Of a DNA stretch of 64,000 nt, positions 28,273 through 37,938 are shown piece by piece. The stretch is from Patescibacteria group bacterium (lineage in GTDB: Bacteria; Patescibacteriota; Minisyncoccia; CAIUEV01; JAHKAQ01). The position numbers and the translations under genes are program-made. The DNA lies in NCBI GenBank assembly GCA_034716235.1, contig JAYEHH010000019.1, positions 16,114 to 80,113 of the forward strand, read 5' to 3'. Numbering within the stretch: the stretch's first letter is position 1; every line of letters begins with the position of its first letter. The notes under the pieces are model-generated. The model saw only the letters and a program-made list of their open reading frames with translations, was not told the DNA's origin and made no database searches.

Positions 28273-29710
28273 TTTTAGTGATAGCGAGAGGAGTGTCTTT
28301 GTCGTGAGAGGTAATGATAGTTTCTAATCGATGGCGTTCTTCTGTACTTAGATTCCTAGCATTAATTGACTTAAATAGAAACTCTTGTCGCTCATCCTCG
28401 GTATTTCCAGTTGCTCCAAATTGACTGCGGTAATCAAAAAGCCAGTTTTGAACAGTAGGAGAAACCTTTGTATCTCGTCCTAAAAGTGAAATTGGAGCTG
28501 AAGTTATGGGTTGATCAGCAACACGAGGATTAGTTTGAAGTGCTTGTTTGATTGTTTTTTGAATTGTTGAGCCATCTGATGGTTTTTTTAAAGGAACGGG
28601 TTGTAATCGTTTAGGAAAATTAACGCCTTGAGCTTCTGGTTTTGGAAGTGAAGAAGTTGACGGAACCGATGAGGTTGTTTGAGCTGATGCTGGCATCTGT
28701 CTTAACGGTTGTTGAGTGGGAGCCGGTGGTTGTTGAAATTTCTGTTGTTGCAGGACAGCTGACTGACTAACTGACTGGGCTGTTACTGGTTTAGAAGCTG
28801 TTGGCTGGAATGTTTGTTGAGGTATTTGCTGCGGAGTGGCTTGTTGATTAACTGATTTGGATGTAGCTTGCTGGGACAATGTTTGTTGAGATGGTTGCTG
28901 ACGAGGTGGTGTAGTTTTCTGCTGAGTTGCGGCTTGTTGCCGAGGTGTTTGTTGAAATTGTTGCTGAGTTGCGACTTGTTGGCTAGATGCTTGTTGTTGA
29001 GGTAAAACGTTTTGTTGTGAAATACTCCCTGTTTGTTTAGCGGTTTTTGTTTCTTGAGCAACAACTTTGGCTAATTGTTTTTCTTGTTTATCTATTTTTT
29101 CTACCTCATCCATAATTTGTTTTATAGAAAATATTTTAGTTGATTCAAAAAGCAAAAGCAGTTCTTCTAAGATTTTTTTATCTGGCAAAGAAAGAGACTG
29201 GGCATTGATTGAATCGGTCATATATTTTCTAACGGCCATTTCGTTTTGTTTGTCCATGCCATATATCTGAACATAGTCTTTAAGCCAGTTGCCAATGGTT
29301 GGTCTAGCTTTAGGATTATCTCCTATGGAAATAGATTGAGACCCCAATAGCTCTTCATTCTTAAGCATAGCATTAAGTATCCGAGGGACCGATTCATTCC
29401 ACATAATAGTGGGTGAGGCAAGATATTTTATCCGAAAAGCTTTTTTAAGACTAAATCCTTTACTATGAATTGGAATAAGAATGTTTTTAGTTAAAAGTTC
29501 TAGCTGATCTTTTTCAATTAAGGCAGGGAAAGCTACCCACTGCATTCTAATTTTTAACTCTTTGAGCCATTTTTCACTGAGACCTTCAGTTCCGGATTTA
29601 CTGCTAAGTTTATTTAAAACATCAAGAGCAATTTCTGTTTCTTGATTTTCCCAAGCTATTAAACTAGAGTCTAATAATTTTTTTGTTTCGGGACTAAGAT
29701 TGTTAGGCAT
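28247..29710 (-). CDS. Q/P/T-rich low-complexity protein with duplicated terminal ~50-aa domains
   Basis: 'TIGNWLKDYVQIYGMDKQNEMAVRKYMTDSINAQSLS' near the N-terminus resembles 'TVQNWLFDYRSQFGATGNTEDERQEFLFKSINARNLS' near the C-terminus. The central region is Gln/Pro/Thr repeats. Confidence 0.3.
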   Translation of the reverse strand: MPNNLSPETKKLLDSSLIAWENQETEIALDVLNKLSSKSGTEGLSEKWLKELKIRMQWVAFPALIEKDQLELLTKNILIPIHSKGFSLKKAFRIKYLASPTIMWNESVPRILNAMLKNEELLGSQSISIGDNPKARPTIGNWLKDYVQIYGMDKQNEMAVRKYMTDSINAQSLSLPDKKILEELLLLFESTKIFSIKQIMDEVEKIDKQEKQLAKVVAQETKTAKQTGSISQQNVLPQQQASSQQVATQQQFQQTPRQQAATQQKTTPPRQQPSQQTLSQQATSKSVNQQATPQQIPQQTFQPTASKPVTAQSVSQSAVLQQQKFQQPPAPTQQPLRQMPASAQTTSSVPSTSSLPKPEAQGVNFPKRLQPVPLKKPSDGSTIQKTIKQALQTNPRVADQPITSAPISLLGRDTKVSPTVQNWLFDYRSQFGATGNTEDERQEFLFKSINARNLSTEERHRLETIITSHDKDTPLAITKNEGIILFN

Positions 29711-29742
29711 AATTAATATATTCTTGTTTATAAATGAGTAAA

Positions 29743-32331
29743 TTAAACATTGTCTTCGTCTCCCATCATTCCAACCATACCTTCTGCCTGTCGCGCTGAG
29801 ACATTTATCACTTCGTTAATTTTACGTTTTTCTTCCGTGCTAAGTTGGTTAGTAACTTCAGTGTTTTTAACAAGCTTTTTAAGCTCTTTGATATCTTTGG
29901 ATGGAATAACCTTAAACCTTTGTTGAGTTTCTACAAAATTGTTATCCATATTTTTGATGGTTACATGAGCTGTATCAGCAAGTTTTTTTGTGCCGTCAGG
30001 TAAGGTTTTAACAATTAAATTGGCTTTAAAAGTCCTGGCGTAGTTTCTAGAACTTAAATTAGAGAGCATCTCATCAATGTTGTGGACTCTTTCTTCACTG
30101 GTTGCTGAACGCATTTGTTTAGTTTTAGAATCCATTATTGTTGTTCCGGCTTCGTTATAATGTTTATTTTCTCTGGCTATATTGTCTAAATCAACCCTAA
30201 GAAGATCTCCTGGTCTTTTACTGTTACCTTTAAATTTTTCGTCAATAAAATCATTTAAAGTAGCGTTGGAATCTATAAAACCTGCACCTTGTAATTCATT
30301 CGTTATGTTCATTCCCTTTTTTGCCATTAAACGCAACCCAGCTTCTATGTCTGCAGGGCTTGTACCGTTTCCAACTCTTGTGATCAACTGACTTGGAGTT
30401 TTTGTTTCTTGTGTCATTCGCTCAGTAGCCGTAGCCACTTTTTGTTGATGTACTCTGTCGTCATGGAAAAAGGATCGATATTTTTCACCATAGACTTCTC
30501 TTTTAGCTGCTTTTCTATATTCAGCATCAAAATTTTCAGCAAGATTGTTTGTAGTCCATTCAGTTTCTAGGGTGCCCCTCTGTTCCTGTAGTTTTTGTCT
30601 ACGATTAGCTATTTCATTTTTTCGATCTGCTATTTCAGCCATCCTTTCTTCTGAGAACGGAGTCCCTCGTCTTTGGTTTTCTTCATCAATAAGAGATTGG
30701 TTTTCTGCTCCTAGCTCTGTATCTTCTTCGTCAATATCATTTTTTCCTTTTTCATTTTTTGCTCTAGCGGCTGCTCTTTTTTTGTCTTCTGCGTCACCAG
30801 CTATTTGTGTTTTCGGTGTCATACCTATTAATCTACGTGACTGATTAGTCATAGCTAGCCAAGTAAGGCTTCCAAGTTGACTCAAAGATTCAGTGTCTTC
30901 TTTCCCTTGAGCATCCATTGTTTTCTTGTAAGCGCCATAAAGACCACGACCAAGAGTTACAGGCTCAAGCATAGCCATTGTTTTAGCAGCCCCACTAGCT
31001 CCAACAAGCCCCTTGCCCATTCCGGGGGCCATTTTTCTAGCTCTAGCTTTTGTTCTTTCCCATAAACCTGCATTATCTCTCAATGCTTCTGGTGGTGTTA
31101 CCTGCTTTAATCGTTCGCCAGCTCCTTTAAGAATAGTTTTAGTTCCATGAAGCCCTATTTTATGAAGTGCCATTGATCCACCAACTACCGCAATCTGAGC
31201 CATTCTAGTTACTTTGCTTGCTCCAGCAATGCTTAGTGAAGCGGCGGCAATAATAGAGCCCCATAATAAAATAGATGAAAACATTAAATACATATAGATA
31301 TTGTGGCTAGCGACAATAGGCTCCACATACTTTTTATCACCAAGTGTTTTACCATTACCTAAGTCCATATCTGTTAAATCATTTTTGGGATTGCTAACAA
31401 CTAATTCCCCGCTTATTAAATTCATCGTATTGGCAGAGAACCAAAGAAAAAAGAAAAGGATTGGTCCTGCCATAGCATACTTCAAAAAACTGCCCCACCA
31501 TTTCTTAGCCGTTCCCTCAGTATCGGGTAAAACTAATCCAATATAAGCAATAGGTGACAAAACCAATAATACCCAAAGAGCTACCGTTCTAATAATTAAA
31601 AATATACCTACGCTTAAAACAACAATAGCGGTCATAGCTATAAAAATAAGTGGTGCTACGGCTCCTGCCGTAATAGCTGCAATAGTTGCCAAATCTGGAG
31701 CATCAAGGATATGCTTAATAGTGTCCCATCTTCTCATAGAAGGACCCCATAAAAGACCTTTTATTGCTTTTTCAACTTCTTCTAAAGGATGTCCAAAAAT
31801 CCCATTAAACATTAAAACATGAAAGAAGTCTAAAATCAGTCCGGCAAAAACTAAACTAAAATTGGTAAGTAAGGCAACCACAACTAATTTTACAAGCAGT
31901 TTCTTGTAATTATATTTTTCAATTCTAAATAAGGTTCCTACTCCAATGAAAAGTAAAACTATAATGTAGAACATATTGCAAATGGAAGCGACCACCTTCC
32001 ATCCATTACGTACCATTGGATTTATAGCAAAACCTTTTAAGATGTCTCGATAATATATTGGGTCAAATAAGTCATGAACCAATTTAACAACTAATTCAAA
32101 AATCATCCAAACAAAAAGTTCTATTGCCCAGGCCCCAATTGCTATAATAAGGGCAGGGATTTTTATTAACAGATTAGCAAGTTCATCAAGAGCCCCTCCG
32201 GATAAAAGTTTTCTTACTGCTTCCATGAATGTTATTGCTTGAACTGTTTCTGTGGACATAATAAAAAAGAACAAAGAAACGGACATTACAAGCCCAGTAG
32301 ATAATAAAATTCGTTTTAAATTAAACTTCAT
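29743..32331 (-). CDS. VirB6/ConG-like large polytopic membrane protein
   Basis: About 400 N-terminal residues carry 10 or more TM helices, followed by a ~450-aa charged/coiled C-terminal half. It lies in an operon-like arrangement with VirB4. Confidence 0.45.
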   Translation of the reverse strand: MKFNLKRILLSTGLVMSVSLFFFIMSTETVQAITFMEAVRKLLSGGALDELANLLIKIPALIIAIGAWAIELFVWMIFELVVKLVHDLFDPIYYRDILKGFAINPMVRNGWKVVASICNMFYIIVLLFIGVGTLFRIEKYNYKKLLVKLVVVALLTNFSLVFAGLILDFFHVLMFNGIFGHPLEEVEKAIKGLLWGPSMRRWDTIKHILDAPDLATIAAITAGAVAPLIFIAMTAIVVLSVGIFLIIRTVALWVLLVLSPIAYIGLVLPDTEGTAKKWWGSFLKYAMAGPILFFFLWFSANTMNLISGELVVSNPKNDLTDMDLGNGKTLGDKKYVEPIVASHNIYMYLMFSSILLWGSIIAAASLSIAGASKVTRMAQIAVVGGSMALHKIGLHGTKTILKGAGERLKQVTPPEALRDNAGLWERTKARARKMAPGMGKGLVGASGAAKTMAMLEPVTLGRGLYGAYKKTMDAQGKEDTESLSQLGSLTWLAMTNQSRRLIGMTPKTQIAGDAEDKKRAAARAKNEKGKNDIDEEDTELGAENQSLIDEENQRRGTPFSEERMAEIADRKNEIANRRQKLQEQRGTLETEWTTNNLAENFDAEYRKAAKREVYGEKYRSFFHDDRVHQQKVATATERMTQETKTPSQLITRVGNGTSPADIEAGLRLMAKKGMNITNELQGAGFIDSNATLNDFIDEKFKGNSKRPGDLLRVDLDNIARENKHYNEAGTTIMDSKTKQMRSATSEERVHNIDEMLSNLSSRNYARTFKANLIVKTLPDGTKKLADTAHVTIKNMDNNFVETQQRFKVIPSKDIKELKKLVKNTEVTNQLSTEEKRKINEVINVSARQAEGMVGMMGDEDNV

Positions 32332-32434
32332 TTTTATATTTTGCTATTAGCTTGATCTATAAATATTATAAAGCAAAAATCCTTTTTTGGAAAACTTGAT
32401 ATCTTATTGCTCTTTATTTTTACTTAAATGCTTT

Positions 32435-33859
32435 TTAGGGGGTAGAATTATTAACCTTATTCCAAATTGTTCCGTTGCTTGATTTTGCTTTATAAATAAC
32501 CCAACCAGCTCCATCATAGCCTGCATACCACATTAAAAATGGAGGACCGGATTCTCCACAAAGACCAAGAAAAGTATCGGAGATAACTGTAGGACCAGCT
32601 ATATGAATATTGTCTCCTTTATCACCAGGTCCTAGATTAAGCACCGGATTTTTTTCTTTCTGCCAATGAATACCGTCCATTGAAGTGGCATGAAAAATTC
32701 TCCAACCAATTGGTTCGCAAGAACTATTATCAGGATCACCTCCATAGCCAGCATACCACATATGATATGTTCTGGATTCTTCAACACAAGTTAATCCACA
32801 ACAAGCTGGTGTATATTTTTTTTCTAGCACAACGGTTGGTTCAGAAACATGTATATTATCACAATCACCTTCATCTCCTACATCAAGGACAACTCCATGT
32901 TTTTGCCAGGGGACTTCACCATCCATTGAAGTGGCATAAAAAATACGCCAAGTACTTCCATCATAACCGCTATACCACATATGATACATTCTATTACCCT
33001 CGCAACAACAAGGTGGTTCGGGAGGGCAAGAACAACAATATTTATTTATGTCTAAAACCACTGTAGGGTTATGAACATGAATGTTTGCTTTACTATTGGG
33101 ATTTGTATTAATTACTGCTTGATCTGAATATTTATTCCAAGTTAATCCATTGCTTATTGAAAAAACATTGAAAATACGCCAAGTTGAATTTTCTTCGTCG
33201 TAGCCACCATACCAGGCGTGATAATCTGCTTTTCCATACATAGCTCCAGGGACTTCTCCAATACATTCCACTACTCTTTCTTGTAAAACTGTAGGATTGG
33301 CTACATGAACATTGTCCCGACTTCCTTTAGGTGAAAGCGGAATCCTTCCATCTGTCCCGTATTCACCACCACCTCCACCTTTACCATAGATACTTCCTAT
33401 TCCTTCAGGAGGAACCTTATTGTTTTTCTTTCGCCAAGCATTACTGTCTGTTGAGTTGGCATGGTAAACTCTCCAAGCACTTCCTTCATAGCCAGCATAC
33501 CACATACGGTAGCGGTCATTGGGATTATGAATTTCCTTGATAACTGAAGGACCGGCCACATAAATATTATCTCCTATTTTATCAGTATCAGTGCCTAGAA
33601 AAATCCTACCACCCGAACAAGTATGATTCGATCTAGTCATATAAGACGTATAGTTATAACTAGGATTACTATTGCTAGGTGTTGTGCTGGTAATGTTATT
33701 AGGCTTAACACCTTTCAATGTCCCGGAACAACCAGCTATGAAAAATATACTAACAACTAAAATACTAAAACTTATTAGCGGAATCTTTTTTCTATTTGTC
33801 TGCCAATTTTGACTTTTTGTCAGTAGGAATGACTGCAGTATTTTTTTTAATTTTTTCAT
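32435..33859 (-). CDS. Lipoprotein with a five-fold beta-propeller repeat (GH43/GH32-like fold) and cysteine-rich inserts
   Basis: Lipobox 'FFIAGCSG'. Five repeats of 'DN(I/V)H(V)..PTV(V/L)...Y(H)MWYAGYDGS.WRIF(H/Y)A.S.DG..W'. Cys clusters 'CCSCPPEPPCCCEG' and 'ACCGLTCVEE'. Confidence 0.5.
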   Translation of the reverse strand: MKKLKKILQSFLLTKSQNWQTNRKKIPLISFSILVVSIFFIAGCSGTLKGVKPNNITSTTPSNSNPSYNYTSYMTRSNHTCSGGRIFLGTDTDKIGDNIYVAGPSVIKEIHNPNDRYRMWYAGYEGSAWRVYHANSTDSNAWRKKNNKVPPEGIGSIYGKGGGGGEYGTDGRIPLSPKGSRDNVHVANPTVLQERVVECIGEVPGAMYGKADYHAWYGGYDEENSTWRIFNVFSISNGLTWNKYSDQAVINTNPNSKANIHVHNPTVVLDINKYCCSCPPEPPCCCEGNRMYHMWYSGYDGSTWRIFYATSMDGEVPWQKHGVVLDVGDEGDCDNIHVSEPTVVLEKKYTPACCGLTCVEESRTYHMWYAGYGGDPDNSSCEPIGWRIFHATSMDGIHWQKEKNPVLNLGPGDKGDNIHIAGPTVISDTFLGLCGESGPPFLMWYAGYDGAGWVIYKAKSSNGTIWNKVNNSTP

Positions 33860-33923
33860 AGCTTTGTTTTTATTTAAGTTAAAGAAAAAAATATAAAATT
33901 TGGAAAACCAAAAAATAGAAACT

Positions 33924-34349
33924 TTAAGCTTCCGCCCCCGCCTCTACCTCATCTGCTCTTTTTTTGGCAGTATGCCAAGCCCAAAGCACCATCAAGGTTG
34001 TTATCGGAGTAACCATATCAACGAAGGGTATTAAACCAAATAAAGAATCAAGAGCAACAATGGCTGCTACCTGAATCACTACCTTAACCAATTGTCTTTT
34101 CCATCCTAGTTGGGTGATTATAAGATAGGCGACAATTCCTTTTGGTAGAATGGCTATTAAAAAGTCCAAAAAAGGAACGGGAATCATATCGCAACCATCA
34201 GCCACAAGAGCTAAGGGAAGCGCTAACATAAAAATAAATGAGTTATATTCGCCTCCTTCTATCTTCCTGGTTGCCTCACCTGCTTTTTTCTTTAAAGAAT
34301 TTTTAGAGAAATTTTTGGTACCTTGGGTTATTTTTTGAGCTAAAGACAT
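33924..34349 (-). CDS. Small polytopic membrane protein (possible VirB2/pilin-like T4SS component)
   Basis: 141 aa with three hydrophobic helices, at the head of the minus-strand T4SS-like cluster. Confidence 0.25.
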   Translation of the reverse strand: MSLAQKITQGTKNFSKNSLKKKAGEATRKIEGGEYNSFIFMLALPLALVADGCDMIPVPFLDFLIAILPKGIVAYLIITQLGWKRQLVKVVIQVAAIVALDSLFGLIPFVDMVTPITTLMVLWAWHTAKKRADEVEAGAEA

Positions 34350-34432
34350 TTTATTTTTAACGCTTATTTTTTGCTTTTTCTATTATAAGACAAATGAGTT
34401 GTTTTTCCAATGTTTTCGAGCTTCTTAATTCT

Positions 34433-35317
34433 TCAAGCTCTTACTACTTTTAATTCCCTTAATTTCTGATTAAGCTTCTGCCATTCTTTTAGGGTTAATT
34501 CTTGAGCTCGTACCTCTTTTTTCTTGCTCAGTTCCATAATGATTCTTTCTAGCTCAACTTTATCTAGACTAAAACCATTAATTAAATTGTTTAAAAGGGT
34601 TTTTCTGGGAGAAGCAAAGCCAATTTTAATTAATTGAAGAAGATTTTTTATGCCTGCCTGCTGAAAATTTAACTTCTGGTTAATATTCTTTAAGGTAATT
34701 ACTGCCGAATCAACTTTTGGCTTAGGGTAAAAGCAATCCCCTTTTATTATAAAAGCAATTTTTGGGGTAGCTACCAATTTAATTGTAAGGGCTAGAGCAT
34801 TCATTTTTGGAGGTTTAGCACAGATTCTTTCAGCCACCTCTTTTTGAAGTAAAAGTGTCATCTGGCTGGGCCGATGCTCAATTTCTAGAAATAAATGAAT
34901 AATTTTAGAAGCTATATTGTAAGGAAGATTAGCAACAACTTGATATTCTGGAATCTCTGGCTGTGAATCATTATCCACAAACCGTTTTCTCAAAAGTTTT
35001 AGAATATTAATTGTTAAAATATCTCCTTGGGTAATCTGTAATTGTTGATCAAGCTCGGTGTTAAATTTTTTTCTGAGGTAGGAGCAGTATTTAGCATCCT
35101 TTTCAACGGCAATAACTTTATTTTGATTAACTAAAAGTTTTTGAGTTAAAATACCCAACCCCGGTCCTATTTCTAAAACATTACTTTTTTCTTGTAAGTC
35201 AGCTACTAGTACTATTTTACTTAAAGCTTCTTTGCAAATTAAAAAATTTTGTCCCAGCTTTTTTAAAGGGGCAGCTTGCAACGACTTTAGAGTAGAAATA
35301 ATTTCCAATTTATCCAT
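34433..35317 (-). CDS. rsmA: 16S rRNA (adenine1518/1519-N6)-dimethyltransferase
   Basis: 'LGQNFLICKEALSKIV...VLEIGPGLGILTQKL' SAM-binding motif. Confidence 0.85.
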   Translation of the reverse strand: MDKLEIISTLKSLQAAPLKKLGQNFLICKEALSKIVLVADLQEKSNVLEIGPGLGILTQKLLVNQNKVIAVEKDAKYCSYLRKKFNTELDQQLQITQGDILTINILKLLRKRFVDNDSQPEIPEYQVVANLPYNIASKIIHLFLEIEHRPSQMTLLLQKEVAERICAKPPKMNALALTIKLVATPKIAFIIKGDCFYPKPKVDSAVITLKNINQKLNFQQAGIKNLLQLIKIGFASPRKTLLNNLINGFSLDKVELERIIMELSKKKEVRAQELTLKEWQKLNQKLRELKVVRA

Positions 35318-35337
35318 AAGGAGATTGAAATATCGGG

Positions 35338-35411
35338 AGCGAGAGACGGGACTCGAACCCGCGACCTTCTCCTTGGCAAGGAGATGTTCTAGCCAACTGA
35401 ACTACTCTCGC
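35338..35411 (-). tRNA. tRNA-Gly (anticodon GCC), no encoded CCA
   Basis: Reverse complement GCGAGAGTAGTTCAGTTGGCTAGAACATCTCCTTGCCAAGGAGAAGGTCGCGGGTTCGAGTCCCGTCTCTCGCT folds as a cloverleaf with anticodon loop TTGCCAA. Confidence 0.8.
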
Positions 35412-35482
35412 GACAATAAGAGTATGCTTTATTTAAGAATTCAAGGCAAGGGAACCGAACATTATCTAAAAGACTGATAAAA

Positions 35483-36991
35483 CTATTTTACCCAGTGTTT
35501 CTTTTTTAAAACACGATCTTCTTCAATTTTCTTAACTTCAATTTTCTCTTTGGCTTGTTTTTTTAATAATACTAAATCTTTTTTATTTAGCTCTTTTGCT
35601 TTGTTTGTTAAATATTTAGTCTGGTTTTTCTTTAAATCTCCCAAGACTTCTCCCAAAAGAATATTAAGAATAATGCCCATCTTGGGACCAGGGGGCACTC
35701 CGGCTTCTGCTTTTAACTGTTCTCCATTTATCTTAAGCATCTTAACAGAGATAGGATCCCTAGAGACCTTTTCAATGAGATACTCCAAGTGTCTTAATTT
35801 ATAGGGCTTAGCCTTAGGACAATTACTACCTAAACGATCAGCAACTCTTAAATCAATTAAGTCATGTATATTTTCTGGCTTAACTTTTCGAAGTAATCTG
35901 CGAACACTAGCAGGAGTCACCGTTTCCACCTCATAATAAAACATATGATTTTCAATAAGTAGAGAAACTTTCTCAATTATTTTTTGAGAAAAGCGAAGTC
36001 TGGTAAGAGCTCGGTGGGCAACTCTAGCTCCAATAAAGTCATGATTATAAAAAGTGCTTTCAAGACCATTCCCTCGTTTTGTCTGTGGTTTGGCGACATC
36101 ATGCAACAAGGCAGCCAGCCTTACAGATAGTTTTTTGCTAGGGCAGTATTTTAAAGAAAGAAGAAGGTGTTCATAAACTGTGTAAATGTGATGACGATTC
36201 TGGCTAACACCCACCCCCTTTTCTACTTCGGGTAAAATATAGGTTAAAAGCCCTGTTTTTCTTAGTATAGTTATCCCTTCAGCGGGTCTTTCTGATTTAA
36301 TTATCTTTGTTAATTCATCTCTAAGCCTTTCTTGAGAGATATTAGCTAAAAGTTTAGAATTCTCTTGAATAGCTTTTAGGGTTTCTTCCTCAATTTTAAA
36401 ATTTAACTGAGCAGAGAATCTAACAGCTCGCATTAATCTTAAAGCATCCTCACTAAAACGATTAATCGGTGAACCGACCGTTCTAATAATCTTTTTTTGG
36501 ATATCTAGCTGGCCACCATAAGGATCAATAAATTTTATGGGCAAATCTTCAATTGAAGATAAATTAATAGCAATAGCATTAATAGTAAAATCTCTACGCC
36601 GAAGATCATCTTCAATGTTTTTTGCAAAAGACACCTTGTCTGGATGACGATGATTCTCATATTCACCCTCAGTTCTGTAAGTGGTAACTTCAACCACTCC
36701 AAGGCTATCATCTTCTGTTTTTATTCCTACAGTTCCAAAATCATTTTCGTAAAAACTATCCTTGAATAATTTTTGTATCTCCTCGGGACTAGCGCTAGTA
36801 GCAATGTCCCAATCGGAAGGTATTTTTTGAGAAATTAAATCCCTAACACAACCTCCAACCAAGAAAGCTTCATGTCCAGCATTGTCTAATACCTCTCCAA
36901 TCTTTTTAATAGGAGATGGTATTTTTGCTATTTGCATAACATTAAAATTACTTATCACTGGTATTTTAACAGTTTTTTTAAAATTTGACAT
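35483..36991 (-). CDS. cca: CCA-adding tRNA nucleotidyltransferase with HD domain
   Basis: 'FLVGGCVRDLISQKIPSDWDIATSASPEEI' (pol-beta NTase head) and HD 'LAALLHDVAKP'. Confidence 0.8.
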   Translation of the reverse strand: MSNFKKTVKIPVISNFNVMQIAKIPSPIKKIGEVLDNAGHEAFLVGGCVRDLISQKIPSDWDIATSASPEEIQKLFKDSFYENDFGTVGIKTEDDSLGVVEVTTYRTEGEYENHRHPDKVSFAKNIEDDLRRRDFTINAIAINLSSIEDLPIKFIDPYGGQLDIQKKIIRTVGSPINRFSEDALRLMRAVRFSAQLNFKIEEETLKAIQENSKLLANISQERLRDELTKIIKSERPAEGITILRKTGLLTYILPEVEKGVGVSQNRHHIYTVYEHLLLSLKYCPSKKLSVRLAALLHDVAKPQTKRGNGLESTFYNHDFIGARVAHRALTRLRFSQKIIEKVSLLIENHMFYYEVETVTPASVRRLLRKVKPENIHDLIDLRVADRLGSNCPKAKPYKLRHLEYLIEKVSRDPISVKMLKINGEQLKAEAGVPPGPKMGIILNILLGEVLGDLKKNQTKYLTNKAKELNKKDLVLLKKQAKEKIEVKKIEEDRVLKKKHWVK

Positions 36992-37032
36992 CTTTGCTTT
37001 AAGATTAGGTCAAGGTCGGGTGTTGGCTTTTA

Positions 37033-37410
37033 TTAAAAAGCATATTTAATATGTTTTATTTTTGTTTTATTTTTGCCAATAATTATTGAGATAACATCGC
37101 AACGGTATTCTTCGTCGGGAGAAAGTTTCTTTTCTTTTATAAAGGCTGTGGCCGTTTTCCTTATTTTTGCAATTTTAGAATTGGAAATTGTAGATTCGGG
37201 AGGTTCCAATAGCTCGTCTTCTTGCTTAATAAATCTAGACTTAACCTCAATAAATATAACAACAGAGTCTTTTTTGGCAACAATGTCAATCTCCCCTTCT
37301 CGTTTTAAGTAATTACGTTCAATAACATGATATCCATTACTTGTCAAATAACGAACTGCAAGATCTTCCCCCTTATTTCCTCTCTTTTTTCTATTTCCTA
37401 AATTAATCAT
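37033..37410 (-). CDS. yraN: YraN/UPF0102 family endonuclease
   Basis: 'KGEDLAVRYLTSNGYHVIERNYLKREGEIDIVAKKDSVVIFIEVKSR'. Confidence 0.7.
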   Translation of the reverse strand: MINLGNRKKRGNKGEDLAVRYLTSNGYHVIERNYLKREGEIDIVAKKDSVVIFIEVKSRFIKQEDELLEPPESTISNSKIAKIRKTATAFIKEKKLSPDEEYRCDVISIIIGKNKTKIKHIKYAF

Positions 37411-37625
37411 AAAGATTTCTTAAGTTAATTAAAGCTATATGCTAGAAAGTGGTATCAAATCCTAAAGAAAGTAACATTAAATCTCAAATAAGTAAATACG
37501 GAATAACATTTCACCAGAAGTGTTATGAAAAGATACCAGTATTTATAGAAAGTTAGAGGACACGATTGTTTTGAAATACCTTAAAACGTATTTAGATATT
37601 TGTCAAATGATGCAAGTAAGGCTAG

Positions 37626-37938
37626 ATCAAATTGTTCCACGTGGAACAATTTGACACTGAACCATGTTTAGGAATGTTCCACGTGGAACAATTTGATCGT
37701 TATTGTAACAATTAAATTAGAAATAATTAAAAATCATAAATCATTTTTTCGCTATCTGTATTTTAGAGAATAGTTTTTTCGCATCTTTTAGGAATGTTCC
37801 ACGTGGAACATTCTGCCGATTATTACCACCGTTGAGCCAAAAAAGTTGTGGAACATGGATATTATTTTTAGAACATCTATTTTTCCGAGTTGTTTTTTAA
37901 GCTATTTTTCAATTGTTCCACGTGGAACAATTTGATCG
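37626..37938. repeat. Array of four perfect CACGTG-centred palindromes (TTGTTCCACGTGGAACAA / GAATGTTCCACGTGGAACATTC types)
   Basis: Copies at 37626-37655, 37672-37697, 37792-37813 (22-bp perfect) and 37912-37933 (22-bp perfect). The last overlaps the 3' end of ORF 37902-39380. Confidence 0.85.

Noticed and set aside
25027-34349. Calling the T4SS-like cluster an integrative conjugative element
   Set aside because: No relaxase, VirD4-type coupling protein, integrase or att repeats are visible, and the flanking genes are housekeeping. The call is left as a chromosomal T4SS-like system pending the wider context.
35232-35477. 81-aa plus-strand ORF
   Set aside because: It overlaps the tRNA-Gly(GCC) gene on the opposite strand. 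It is an artefact of the tRNA's GC-rich sequence.
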